Shown piece by piece: positions 13,188 through 26,760 of a DNA stretch of 64,000 nt. The position numbers were made by a program, and so were the translations under genes. The stretch is taken from assembly GCA_951406725.2 (NCBI GenBank), contig OX597818.1, forward strand, positions 61,752,001-61,816,000, read 5' to 3'. The notes under the pieces were generated by a model. That model made no database searches, had not been told where the DNA came from, and was given only the letters and a program-made list of their open reading frames with translations. Positions within the stretch are counted from its first letter, which is position 1; each line of letters starts with the position of its first letter. This DNA is from Octopus vulgaris (taxonomy: Eukaryota).

Positions 13188-13785
13188 TTTCTTATTTCTT
13201 TATTGCCCACAAGGGGCTAAACATAGAAGGGACAAACAAAGACAAAAAAAGGGATTAAGTCGATTACATCGACCCCAGAGCGTAACTGGTGCTTAATTTA
13301 TCGACCCCGAAGGGACGAAAGGCAAAGTCGATCTTGGCGGAATTTTAACATAGAACGTAATGACAGACGAAATACCTATTTCTTTACTACCCACAAGGGG
13401 CTAAACACAGAGGAGACAAACAAGGACAGACAAACTGATTAAGTCGATTATATCGACCCCAGTGTGTAACTGGTACTTATTTAATCGACCCCAAAAGGAT
13501 GAAAGGCAAAGTCAACCTCGGCGGAATTTGAACTCAGAACATAACAACAGATGAAACACCTATTTCTTTATTACCCACAAGGGGCTAAACACAGAGGGGA
13601 CAAACAAGGACAGACAAACGGATTAAGTCGATTACATCAACCCCAGTGTGTAATTGGTACTTAATTTATCAACACCGAAAGGATGAAAGGTAAAGTCGAC
13701 CTTGGCGGAATTTGAACTCAGAACGTAGCGACGGGTGAAATACCGTTAAGCACTTCATCCGGCATGCTAATGTTTCTACCAGCTC
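13188..13785 (-). mobile_element. SINE B tandem trimer, 184-bp period
   Basis: Unit boundaries at 13193, 13377 and 13561; single head at ~13740-13785. Confidence 0.92.
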
Positions 13786-14562
13786 TATAATGATAATGGT
13801 ATCATGTCTTGGTACCGAGGTACAAAAGATTCAACCAAATTGCTGTACTTGAATAAGCTAAAAATTTAGGAGGAAATACGGGTGATTGAGGTATTTATAC
13901 CTTTCCAAGGTCATTATGGAAATATCAACAAAGTTAAAAGGATGGTAAGAAGTTGCTCTTTTATTGTGGCACACAGCAAATAATATTAACAATAACAATA
14001 ATTAACGAATTGTTTTTGTTTAGCTATGAGCAAGCTTTCTATTGTTATTTTGAAACTCAATTTACTTGGTTGCTATGTGAGGGAATGGTAGGTCTACAAC
14101 AAATCTGCTGAGTTGCCTTTTTCCAATCAAACCTTTTCAAAGACTTGATTGAATATTTTCAAAGATGATGCCTCAACAACATTAGTTAGATGTTTGTTCA
14201 AATAGAAACAAGGAAAAAAAAAAAAGAAAAGAAAAGAAAAGGAGAAAAACAAATGAAATGAAGTCATTTTATTGGCTAATTATACTTCAGAGAAATTTTT
14301 ATGACAGTTAATCAAGATTATACATGAAATGATTGGAATATGATTAAAAGAAGCTCATTTCTGCGGTTAATTTCTCCCAAAGTGAATCAGGGAAAGCCGT
14401 TAACAAGCAATAACCAGGTTTCATTTACACCTCATCGGCTATAGTAGTGTTACTGTAGAGATTGGGGAAATGAACAGATTATCTTTACCTTGCAGAAAAA
14501 TTTTTGGTAATTTTCCTCATCGGAGAAATATAAACGTTGTGGCCCTTATATGTATTTCATAT

Positions 14563-14773
14563 TTAACCCTTTCAGCATTCAAATTACTCTGTTGAATGTA
14601 ATGCTTATTTATTCATATTGTTTTGAATTAATTATGCATTAACTTCAAGATTTTGATGTCATTATTTTCAAAATGGCATTGTAGGGTGGGTGTGAGAGAC
14701 CAGATATAACCAGTTAAAACATAAAACAGGGTGAATGTTTAGGCCTAATATGGTCAGTTTAACTAGGAAAGGG
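14563..14773 (+). mobile_element. piggyBac-like MITE (second family)
   Basis: TTAA-CCCTTT left end, ...AAAGGG right end; homologous pieces at 1540-2275 and 15965-16131. Confidence 0.6.
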
Positions 14774-14785
14774 ATCATTCAAAGC

Positions 14786-15108
14786 AGCACAGAGAGTTGG
14801 TTTGAAAGAAGGGGTCCATAGTACAGACAGTCGGTTTAAAAGAAGGGGTCTATAGCAGAGAGAGCAGGTTTGAAAGAAGGGGTTTATAGCAGAGACAGCT
14901 GGTTTGAAAGAAGGGGTCTATAGCAGAGACAGCTGGTTTGAAAGAAGGGGTCTATAGCAGAGACAGCTGGTTTGAAACAAGGGGTCTATAGCACAGACAG
15001 CTGGTTTGCAAGAAGATCTATAGCACAGACAGCTGGTTTGCAAGAAGAGATCCATAGCACAGACATTTGGTTTTAAAAGAAGGGCCCATGGTTTGAAACA
15101 AGGGGTCA
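14786..15108. repeat. 34-bp minisatellite, ~9 copies (AGCTGGTTTGAAAGAAGGGGTCTATAGCAGAGAC)
   Basis: Unit starts at 14897, 14931 and 14965; degenerate at both edges. Confidence 0.92.
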
Positions 15109-15367
15109 ATAACTCAGATTTTACATACACTCTCAGACTGGTGGGAGTCAATGTATTTTATATTCAGATTGAACTTTGTCAAAGTGAAACTTGTAGAGAA
15201 AACATAAGCAAGGTAAATAACCTGAATGACTGTGGTTCTTATTTTAAATAAGAGGGGAGAAATATAGATAAGACTGTTGAGTTTGAGAGGAGGTGAAATG
15301 ATTGTGGCAATGAGTAGACCCAGGTGTAGTAAGGGGGCTGGCACAGAGGTGGTATACTTAATTCAGA

Positions 15368-15597
15368 AGGTGGCGAGCTAGCTGAAACATTAGCACACCG
15401 GGGGGGGCGTAGCTGTATTTCGTCTGCCATTACGTTCTGAGTTCAAATTCCGCCGAGGTCAACTTTGCCTTTCATCCTTTCGGGGTCGATAAATTAAGTA
15501 CCAGTTACGCACTGGGGTCAATGTAATCGACTTAATCCATTTGTCCGTCCTTGTTTGTCCCCTCTGTGTTTAACCCCTTGTGGGTAGTAAAGAAATA
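15368..15597 (+). mobile_element. SINE B monomer with 17-bp TSD GGTATACTTAATTCAGA
   Basis: Perfect repeat at 15351-15367 and 15598-15614. Confidence 0.92.
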
Positions 15598-17150
15598 GGT
15601 ATACTTAATTCAGAGAATCAGGTGTTGTTGTTTGGATCTAAGTCAACTTATGATCAATGGTGCTCCAGCTGGGACTGTCTTGTCAACTTTTATCTGTATA
15701 ACTAAGACTGCATTATGGAATGAACCCTTTTTTTTTTTAAAGACAGTAGGATGTTGTTCGAGGGCGGATTGGCTGTTTGAGGGTGGATTGGCAAGTCAAG
15801 TCACTACTCAAAGGCACACTTCTTGGTCTGTAACAGATAATGGTAAGATGTTGATGAAAAAGAGAGAGAAATGGGACAACAGATGGGCAAACCTTTAGTG
15901 TGGGTGGTTTAGTGAGGTAAATTCTACCAATTAGCTAAACTGTTAATCAGATTAATCTAACACAAAGCTTATTCATTCATATTGTTCTGAATTTAAACCC
16001 AGCATTATCTATCTCATATTTTTCGAATGACTTTGTTGGGTAGGTGTGAGAGGCTGAATCTGGACGTGTTTTAACAGTAAAGCCGGTTGAATATCTAAGC
16101 CGGATATAACCAGTTTAAATACTAAAGGGTCAAGGTGTAGTTTAGATATTCCTATACATGTAGCAATAGTAGTGTCCCATGTAGAGAAATAGCAGTTTGA
16201 TAAATTGTATATGAGATAATAAATCTTCCTCATAGCATATCTGCTATCTTAAAAAGATGAATGGATGGCCATGGTTGAGTTGTCTTTTACAGCCTAACCA
16301 CCAAGCCATTTGGAATGTTACTTCAGTAAAGATTCTTATATAAAATTGTGTCAAAAGATTTGATTTAAATCTGAACACAGGAAAAGAGGAGATTTTGTTT
16401 TAAAAGGATTAAATAAGGTCTCAGGTGTTGTGATATCAAAAAAGGTTAACTTTGATGGATTAACAAAACTGGGAGACTGGCTGATGGAATGCCTTTAGAT
16501 ATTTAGTTACAACCCTTGCTGGTCTTTGTTTAAAAGCTGACATGGTGGTTTGACTTGGCCCTTCATATTTTCAAGAGAGAAAGGAAACGATCTCATCAAA
16601 TAATCTCTTACACAAACAAACACACAAAAAAGGAAGAGGAAACAAACAAAAAAGAAAATGAAAGGAAAAAGGAAATATAAAAAGAAATAAAAAGGAGGTA
16701 ATAAAAAAAAACGTAAAAGTGTGGCCTTGTGCTATATTCAAAGTCATTAATTACAAGTAAATGATGATGTTGCATCACCAACAATTTATCTAATGAAGCT
16801 GTCAGTGGTATTGTTATTTGATGATGAATAAAGCTATGAAGAAATGGCTGCAGAGAAAGGGTGGGAGGAGAGGGAAAACAAAGGTGGGAGAGAGAGAGAG
16901 AGAGAGAGTAGGAGGCAGAAATGAAAAAGAAAGTAGGGAAGAGAAAGGAAAGGGACAATGAGTCAAAGGAAAGAAAGTGAGAAAGAAAATGAAACAGAAA
17001 CTAGGGAAATGAATATTATATACACACACACACACATACATATATATACATATACATGTATACATATATATACGTACATATATATACACACATATATATA
17101 CACACATATATATATATATACACACACACCACATATATATATGTATATAA

Positions 17151-17214
<64 letters not shown>

Positions 17215-17249
17215 CACAAACGTGTACTTATATATGTATGTATACATAT

Positions 17250-17447
17250 ATGATGGCCATTCACTTGTGACCGAGGAAAACCATTGCTGACCTTTAGGAA
17301 CATTGTGCGCTCCAAGACGAACTTATATTTTGCATTTGCAGCTCTGTTGGTGGTTAATGAGCCCTGCTCTTGACAAGCATACATGACTGCAAACATTGCA
17401 GACCAAGCTTTCCACATTCACTACACCAGCAGTGTGCTTTCAAGCAT
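17250..17447 (-). mobile_element. 3' end of an RTE-like LINE ORF2 (C-terminal Zn finger) plus short 3' UTR
   Basis: Minus frame reads [33 protein letters not shown], matching the CxxC-x3-C-x-SRxGL-x2-H terminus of some RTE ORF2s. Confidence 0.6.
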
Positions 17448-17624
17448 ATATATACATACAAACATTTATATATATATATATACACACACACGTATCCATC
17501 TATCTATATATAAAGACATATATATACATGTATACACATATATATATGTACATATACATACACACACACATATATATATACATATATATGTATATATATA
17601 TATATATATATATACATACACATG

Positions 17625-17738
17625 TTTGGCAGCTGCCAGATCAGAGTGGGCCTGGCGCAGCCTTCTGGCTTCCCAGACCCCAATTGAACCGTCCAACCCA
17701 TGCTAGCATGGAAAACGGACGTTAAACAATGATGATGA
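17625..17738 (+). mobile_element. Short RTE-type 3' terminal fragment in a (TA/CA) tract; similar copy at 18270-18383
   Basis: CCATGCTAGCATGG...GGACGTTAAACAATGATGATG. Confidence 0.8.
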
Positions 17739-17739
17739 T

Positions 17740-17778
<39 letters not shown>

Positions 17779-18126
17779 CATACATATATACATAAATACA
17801 CATATATATACATACACATACATACATACATATATATACATACATGCATATACAGACATACATATACATACATACTTACATACATGCATAGTTTAAGGTG
17901 TATTTCATTTGGAGTATACTAGAGTACAAAGTTAGAACTCGTTCGTCCTTAGAATGACCGAATGGCCAGTAGTGATACAGTATACTTACAAGTCTAGGTT
18001 TAGGTATTCATTGTGTGTGAAAATAAAATTTAATATGCAGAGTTAAGAAAGAGTAAGTTTAAACAGCTATTTAATAAATACGGCACGTATTTCGATATTC
18101 AATTATATGCATACACACACACACAC

Positions 18127-18159
<33 letters not shown>

Positions 18160-18238
18160 TATGCATGTACACACACATATATATACATATATGCATACAT
18201 ATACATACAAATATATACATCTATATACATATATACTT

Positions 18239-18270
<32 letters not shown>

Positions 18271-18469
18271 GCCAGATCAAACTGGGCCTGGTGCAGCCTT
18301 CATGCTTCCCAGACCCCAGTTGAACCGTCCAACCCATGCTAGCATGGAAAGCGGACTCTAAACGATGATGATGATGATGATGATATGCATATACATATAT
18401 ATACATATATATTTATATATATGAGAGAAGAAAGGGAGAGAGAGAGAAGAGAGTGTGAGGAGAGAGTGA

Positions 18470-18564
18470 GATAGATAGATAGACAGGTTGATAGAGATAG
18501 ATAGATACATACATACATAGACTGACAAAGATAGATAAAGACAGATACATTAATAAATTGATAG

Positions 18565-18614
<50 letters not shown>

Positions 18615-18678
18615 ATAGATAGACTGATAGATAAATAGATAGATAGATAGATCGACAGATAGATAAGTAGATAGATAG
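18470..18678. repeat. (GATA)n microsatellite
   Basis: Read directly. Confidence 0.95.
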
Positions 18679-19055
18679 GAGAAAATATTCAGAATACAAC
18701 AAACCACAGATAAGAATGGTATCTCAAATATTATATTGATTAATGAATATTTTAAAATATTTATTTTTATTTCTTCATTTGTTAATTTATTTCTATGCGC
18801 ACACTTCCCTTCAAATAAGTAGATAAATAAATAAATAGAGAACGTGTTTAGAGTTTCTTCTGCATGGCTGGTAGCGAGCTTATTGAGTTGCTCGAATCAG
18901 TAAAGTGAGATTTCATATGTTGATAGATGTACGAAATTCAGCTGTCAATCAAAGCGATATGATTGAAAGTTTTCTGATTCAATCACACACTTTTACTTGA
19001 TCATCTAAAGCTATAACAAAGATGGAAGTCAACAATTGTGTCTGCTTCAGAGTGC

Positions 19056-19057
<2 letters not shown>

Positions 19058-19104
<47 letters not shown>

Positions 19105-19128
19105 AGTGCATAGATACATACATATATC

Positions 19129-19186
<58 letters not shown>

Positions 19187-19302
19187 TACACATATATACA
19201 ACACATATATACAAACATATATACACATATATACATACATATATATATATATGCATACATATATATATATATATATATACATTCATACATACATATATAT
19301 AT

Positions 19303-19333
<31 letters not shown>

Positions 19334-19413
19334 CATGCATACATACATATATATATACACATACATACAGATATACATACATATATATACACATGCATAC
19401 ATACAGATATACA

Positions 19414-19458
<45 letters not shown>

Positions 19459-19512
19459 GCATACATAAAGATATACATATATATATATATATATATATAC
19501 ACATGCATACAT

Positions 19513-19567
<55 letters not shown>

Positions 19568-19874
19568 ATATCTGTATGTATGTACATGCACACACGTGGG
19601 CACATATATATGCATATATACTCGCACAGACATAGAGTGAGCTAAATATCTACATCTACGTCTACACACCCATTTACATAGGTAACAGCCATAACTATAT
19701 GTGTTATGAGCTTATATAATTATGGACAAAATTCTTTAAATACACATACATGCATTTACACAATCACATATGTGTGTGCGCATATAAATGCGTATCACTT
19801 ACATACACATCCATGTATATGTGTACACGTACATATATACTTACATGAACATATGTGTATGCTTGTGAGTATAC

Positions 19875-19916
<42 letters not shown>

Positions 19917-20128
19917 TGTACTCATTCGTATGCACAATATGTGAATGTCTATATGTGAACATATATATACATACCTTCACATATGTACATATGTCTCATG
20001 TATACATATATATATGTTTATATATGTATATGTATTTATGTATATACATGTATATATATGTATGTATATATATATATGTAGTAGTAAATATATATATATG
20101 AAAGAATTTAAATATATATATATCTATG

Positions 20129-20173
<45 letters not shown>

Positions 20174-20463
20174 ATATATATATATACATGTATATATATA
20201 TATATACATACACACATACTGACATACACACACACACACATATATACATAGACATATATATATATACATAGACATATATATACATACACATCTATATGTG
20301 TAATAAATATATATATGAATGTTTCTATGTGAATATGCATATGTACATATATGCATACTTATACACACATCTGTATGTATACTGATGGGAAGAAATAAGT
20401 ATAGGCATATGCGAGTGCATATATATACACATACGCGCACACACACACGCTTACATATACACA
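19058..20463. repeat. 1.4-kb compound (TG)/(TA)/(TACA) low-complexity region
   Basis: Read directly; source of many spurious YI/HT ORFs. Confidence 0.95.
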
Positions 20464-21452
20464 TCCTTTTTAAAGAGTTTTCCTGAATTTAAAAGTAAAT
20501 GCAATAAAAATAATAAAATAATGAAAAAAAAATGCTGACAATTAATAGGAGGAGAGCTGTCTAATGCTAAGAAACATTAAGAAACCAACAAAGTTGTAAC
20601 TATTTTCTAATCAATAAGCATCAGCTAAAAGTGTAAGAGAACGAAGGGAAAAAAAAAACCGCATAATAACTAACGTCAGATGAAATAATCAAAATAAGAC
20701 AAAAAAAAAATATATAATAAATAGGAAGAAAAATTTATCAAGGAATTAGGGAAAAAAAAAGAAGGTAAGAATAGAAATAAAAATGGTGAAAAACAAAAAT
20801 GTGAAAAGTTAAGGGAAAAAAAAGTTTAAGCGAAAATATAAAAGAACCCGGAATAATTTGTCACTGTCAGGTTGGAAGAGTTTGTGAAACAATGAAACAA
20901 AGAAGAGATGGGGACGGTTCCATCAAAATCAATTATATCTAACATGGTAATCCATTCAGCTTAGGATTAGCAAAAATAAAGAGGCAAATGAGCAAACAAT
21001 GTCCATAAATGTGTGTGTTTGTGTGTGTGTGTAGGTGTGTAATGCAGGAATACTTGATAATGATAAGGAAATCTGTGCAAATGATGCTTTGACAATGAAG
21101 AAAGAAGATTGTAAGTCAACCGTAAACAGTGGGGATAAACACACACGTCTATGTATATCTACCTAGCTGCCCCTCTCTCTCTCACCTGCTCTCTCACCTG
21201 CTCTCTCTTTCTCTTTATTTATCTAGCTTTTATGACTACCTGTGGCTGATGATGATGTTCTTATACATTATGTCAAAGCATTATAACATGATGTGTATAT
21301 GTGTATATCTGATGGTATGAATGTGCACACACACATGCACACACACACACACACACACACACTGTGGTTTGGGCAATCAGTTTTACAACACCAATCTAAC
21401 AACCTAGCATTTTTGGAAAGTACCATTTATATATATATGCACACACACATAT

Positions 21453-21493
<41 letters not shown>

Positions 21494-21554
21494 TATTTTA
21501 TTATACTGAATTTTACCTGTAAGGTTGGAATAATAATTTATTCCCTAATATTAT

Positions 21555-21601
<47 letters not shown>

Positions 21602-21698
21602 CATACATATCTATACATATATACATATATATACATACATATACATATATGCATAAATATACATATATATATATGTATACATACAAACACACGCACAC

Positions 21699-21737
<39 letters not shown>

Positions 21738-21741
<4 letters not shown>

Positions 21742-21900
21742 GATGGGCTTCTTTCAGTTTCCGTCTACCAAATCCACTCACAAGGCTTTGGTCGGCCCGA
21801 GGCTATAGCAGAAGACACTTGCCCAATGTTCCATGCAGTGGGACTGAACCTGAAACCATGTGATTGGTAAGCAAGCTACTTACCACACAGCCACTCCTAT
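21738..21900 (-). mobile_element. SINE A 5' half
   Basis: Head through GAAAGAAGCCC. Confidence 0.85.
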
Positions 21901-21986
21901 GCCTATACTTGCTAACTTCCTCTCTCCCTCCCTCTCAGTATACTTAGTGTTTCTCCTGCTATATTTTCCTCTCTGTCTTTGTTTTA

Positions 21987-22018
<32 letters not shown>

Positions 22019-22131
22019 AATATTTCCTCTCTTTCTCTCTGTCTCTTTGTAGTTACAAAAACATAAAAAGAAACAAAGGAAAAAAACACAGTACATGCCT
22101 GGAAGTGGTCAGCATTAAGAATGGAACCAAC

Positions 22132-22287
22132 CAGGGGCAGACTGAGAGTATTAAGGGCCTTCAGGCAGAACTGCTTGCCGAGTCCCTTAGCATTGATATC
22201 AGTAGAATTAACATCTAGTGTGCAGGCCCCTCAGAGCTCTGGACCCTCAGGCATTGCCTGATTGACCAACGGCTCAGTCCACCCCTG
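22132..22287. mobile_element. hAT-like MITE (156 bp)
   Basis: TIR CAGGGGCAGACTGAG vs CAGGGGTGGACTGAG (13/15); 8-bp flanks match only 5/8. Confidence 0.55.
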
Positions 22288-23075
22288 CATCAAACTCTAG
22301 GAACCACGTCAAGGCAGACACTGGGGTTTGGTGTAGCTCTCTAAGATCATTATTTCCTGTTGAACTTCTGCTCAAACCCAAATCGCAGTCTCTTCTTAGT
22401 TATCATAATTCTCCATGTTTTAACAGAGCGACTACTGTTTGCCAGTAATTTAATTTTCATGTCTAAAGATTTATCTCTTAATCTTCAACAGATTCAGCTG
22501 CATAAATTAAGAAAACTAAGTCTAGAATTGAGAGGCTTGAATTCTAGGTGTGGCCATGTAAGGAAGAAGATAGCATCAGAACTATGTAGTTTAGGAGGAT
22601 TCTTTTGCACGAAGTGGACATTGCTGGTTGGTGTCTTTAAAGCTGTAAAAAAGGGCCAATGTTTTGTGAGTGAAATATGGTCGACCAAAACTGAAAGGAT
22701 CTTGTGTATGTGTGAGTGGTTATATGTTTGTACTGTACATGTGTGTGTGTTCTTCCTGTTTTGGAATGAACAGTCCGATTGTTGTCACTGTGAAAGCATG
22801 CCCAGCCCATTGGGGGAGATGTTTCTATATTTGGAAACAAGTGAAGGTTGGCAACAGGAAGAACACCCCATTGTAGAAGTATTAGCCGGAGATTGCATCT
22901 GGCCCTTACAAGTATGGAAAAGTGAACATTAAAACAATGACAATATACAGTAGAACCTCACAGTATGAGTGCACCATTGCTCGAGTAATTTGCTAAAAGA
23001 GCCGAGACATGTGTTAATTTTTGTCTTGAAGTATGAGCAGAAATCCGCAGTTTGAGCACACAAATCATCCTGTCT

Positions 23076-23293
23076 TTAACCCTTTCATTACCAACCCGGC
23101 TGACTCTGTGGTACAAATGTCTTGTTTTCATAAGTTTTGAATTAAAATCTTCCACCAAACCTTAGTCACAATTTATGTTCCTAACACTAGCTTAATGATA
23201 ACCAAGTCATTTTACTAAATTCTTTCTTATATTTAAAATTAATTGAAAGAAACACAGAGCATCTCAAAATGAATACAGTAAAGAAAGGGTTAA
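23076..23293 (+). mobile_element. piggyBac-type MITE with TTAA TSD
   Basis: TTAA-CCCTTTC...AAAGGG-TTAA; close match to 29800-30028; partial copy at 39199-39270. Confidence 0.88.
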
Positions 23294-23317
23294 GGTGATT
23301 CTGTTAATAAAACCATC

Positions 23318-23521
23318 TTTACTCTTTACTCTTTTACTTGTTTCAGTCATTTGACTGTGGCCATGCTGGAGCACCGCCTTTAGTCGAGCAAATCGACCCC
23401 GGGACTTATTCTTTGTAAGCCCAGTACTTATTCTATCGGTCTCTTTTGCCGAACTGCTAAGTGACGGGGAAGTAAACAAACAAGCATCGGTTGTCAAGCA
23501 ATGCTAGGGGGACAAACACAG

Positions 23522-23564
<43 letters not shown>

Positions 23565-23726
23565 TACGACAGGCTTCTTTCAGTTTCCGTCTACCAAATC
23601 CACTCACAAGGCATTGGTCGGCCCGGGGCTATAGCAGAATGACACTTGCCCAAGATGCCACGCAGTGGGACTGAACCCAGAACCATGTGGTTGGTAAGCA
23701 AGCTACCTACCACACAGCCACTCCTA
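23318..23726 (-). mobile_element. Full-length SINE A
   Basis: Complete head, body and tail. Confidence 0.92.
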
Positions 23727-24270
23727 CGTACTTCTTTTGCATTCTGTTTTTCATAACTGTCATTTTACTTGTAACTACCCCTTTTCAGTTTTAAAGCCTA
23801 TAAAAAATTATTTTTGAGAGGTTTTTCGGGGGACTGGAATAGATTGATTATATTTAAGTTAATCTCAATGGAGAAAATTGATTTGTAAAACGAGTAAATC
23901 ATTAGACGAGCTCATTATGGAACAAATTAAAACTCGTACTGTGAGGTATCTCTGTATATGTTTATACACATACACACATCCATGTATGCATAAGCATTTA
24001 CACACATACATATACACAAGCATACATATATATACACACACATAAGCATATGTTTACACACACACAGATGCACATATACACATCTACACACTAAATATAC
24101 TAACATAAACACATATAAATGCATAAATGCATTTATATACACAAACATACACATTTACTCAAACACTTACAGCATATCTATGTACATGTATTAATATGCA
24201 CTACACACACACACACATATACATCTACATGTCTAAGTACATTACACACACACACACACACACACAAGTG

Positions 24271-24659
24271 GATGGAAGCACTCCATCGGTTACGACGATG
24301 AGGGTTCCGGTTGATCCGAATCAACGGAACAGCCTGCTCGTGAAATTAACGTGTAAGTGGCTGAGCACTCCACAGACACGTGCACCCTTAACGTAGTTCT
24401 CGGGGATATTCAGCGTGACACAGAGAGTAACAAGGCCGGCCCCTTGAAATACAGATACAACAGAAACAGGAAGTAAGAATGAGAGAAAGTTGTGGTGAAA
24501 GAGTACAGCAGGGATCACCACCATCCCCTGCCGGAGCCTCGTGGAACTTTTAGTTGTTTTCGCTCAATAAACACTGACAACGCCCGGTCTGGGAATCGAA
24601 ACCGCGATCCTACGACCGCGAGTCCGCTGCCCTAACCACTGGGCCATTGCGCTTCCACT
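24271..24659 (-). mobile_element. tRNA-derived SINE family C, full length (possibly an octopus OR-type SINE)
   Basis: Head TGGCCCAGTGGTTAGGGCAGCGGACTCGCGG...GGTTTCGATTCCC; TSD acacacacaagt; CpG-rich, so probably young. Confidence 0.85.
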
Positions 24660-24822
24660 ACACACACAAGTACATATGTGTTCGTACATTCATTTATATA
24701 TGAATATTTGGAATGCTTAATATGCTCGTTAAAGAAAAATGTTGGTACCATTTAATTCAAACAACTTACAGGGAAGGAAATAATGATGAAACTACACATA
24801 AGAAAACAATAAAACACACACC

Positions 24823-24856
<34 letters not shown>

Positions 24857-25762
24857 TCACCATCATCATCGTCATCGATATTATTAACCTCATTGTTCTT
24901 ATTCTTATTATATAAAAATAAACACCATAATCGCATAAAACAACAGTCTAAGAACAATCAAGAACGCAAGATGTCAAAGCTAAAGATAAAAGCTGCCGCC
25001 ATTAATAACTGTACGCTACAGAGTTTCTTTGTCATTGCTTAACTTGGTGGAGTATATTTTGCATGGTTCAGCATTCGTATTTACAGAGGAAACATTGAGA
25101 TCAGTTTCTGCTGCACTGCACTGAAGTCCCTTTTATATTCTGAGTGAAATTCATACTGTTTTGGCAGTGGTGCAGAATAAATCAGGGAAAGGAAAATGAA
25201 CGATAGACATTTGAGTGGAAGTGAAAGTGAAAGTAGAGGTGTGTGTATTTGTGTGTATAGATATGCGTTTGATGATGATGATGGTGTGTGTATGGGTAGA
25301 AATATGTGTGCGAATGAATAGCTATGTATATGTGTGCAAATATCTATGAGCGTTTGTGTATGTGTATAAATATCTATGTATGTGTGTGCATGCGAGTATA
25401 AATATGTTTGCGTATAGATATGCATATGTGTGTTTGTGTGCATTAAACTATGAGGATGCAAATGATGCAGATGTATCTACAAATGCAGATGGATATGTGC
25501 AAGCACACAACCACCCACCTACCCACAGACACATACATCCACACACATACATAGACATACAGAGTGGTAAGAAAGAAAAATTATACACATAGACATACAC
25601 ATCTACATTCACACAAATGTATGTGCACTCACATACATACATACACATATATACATACACATACACGTATATACACAGATACATACATACATGCAAGCAT
25701 AGAAACATACACAGACACAGACATACACACACACACATACACACATGTGTACATATATATAC

Positions 25763-25814
<52 letters not shown>

Positions 25815-26339
25815 TTATATACACATCTTAGCTGCTTTCTCGTATATGAGCCAAGCTAGAAACAATCACTGAAATGAGTCAATGTTGATGCAATGCGAAG
25901 CCCTTGTATGACTCCTCACCTTGTAGGACTCCTGAGCCCAGCAAAACTTTTGCATATTCTGTTACATAATACTGGCTGACAGAAGGAACTGGTGCCAGAG
26001 TATGAACCCTTTTGACCTGCCTTTTCAATGTTCCAAATGAGAGGCACACCTCTCCACATGTTGCACATGTATCATGATATCACCACCATCATCATCATCG
26101 TTTAATGTCCGCTTTCCATGCTGGCATGGGTTGGACGGTTTCACTGAGGGCTGGCGAACCAGAAGGTTGCACCGGTCTCCATTTTAAGGAACAGAGATTG
26201 TAGGTGAGATAACCAAGTTTTTATGTGAATATCACTTAGCAGGTTTAGTCTCACTGCACAATATCTTGGGCAAGTTTCTTCTGTTAAAGCTCTGTGATTG
26301 CCAATGCCTTGTGGGGGAATTCGGTAGACAGAGATTGTA

Positions 26340-26760
26340 TGTGTGCATGTGTGTGTGTGTGTGTGTGCATGTGTGTGTGTGTGCATGTGTGTGTGTCTGT
26401 GTATATGTGTGTGTGTGCATGTGTGTGAGTGTATGTGCGTGCATGTGTGTGTGTGTATGTGCGTGTGTGTGGATGTGCGTGTATGTGTGCATGTGTGTGT
26501 GTTTGTGTGTGTGCATGTGTGTGTGCATGTGTGTATGTGTGTATGTGTGTATGTGCGTGTGTGTGTGTGTGTGTGTGTATGTTGTGTATGTGCATGTGTG
26601 TGTGTGTGTGTGTGTATGTGCGTGTGTGTATGTGTGCATGTGTGTATGTGTGTGTGTGTGTGTGCATGTGTGTGTGTGTATGTACGTGCGTGTGTGTATG
26701 TGTGTGTATGTGTGTGTGCATGTGTGTGTGTATGCGTGGGTGTATGTGTGTGTGTGTTTG
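26340..26760. repeat. (TG)n/(TGCATG) compound microsatellite
   Basis: Read directly. Confidence 0.95.

Larger units (their letters stand above)
22948..23954. mobile_element. Tigger/pogo-like MITE carrying two nested insertions
   Basis: TA-flanked TIRs CAGTAGAACCTCACAGTATGAGT and CAGAGATACCTCACAGTACGAGT. Confidence 0.7.

Noticed and set aside
13193-13560. Retrozyme-type hammerhead in the SINE B tandem unit
   Set aside because: No CUGANGA...GAAA core with flanking stems found on either strand
13870-13944. 75-nt open exon-like segment (EEIRVIEVFIPFQGHYGNINKVKRM)
   Set aside because: Good donor but no polypyrimidine tract and no recognisable homology
14489-14544. Rb-family-like HNVYISP peptide
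   Set aside because: Only 7 residues, poor acceptor, and no other Rb-like exons seen
16958-20464. Many YI/HT/CV-rich ORFs here and across the window
   Set aside because: Translations of dinucleotide repeats with no domain content
22360-22932. 190-aa plus-strand ORF
   Set aside because: TTG start; the 3' part overlaps degenerate repeat sequence; no recognisable domain
24585-24659. tRNA gene
   Set aside because: A/B boxes run into a SINE body with a TSD; no acceptor stem or poly-T terminator; the same applies to other SINE heads
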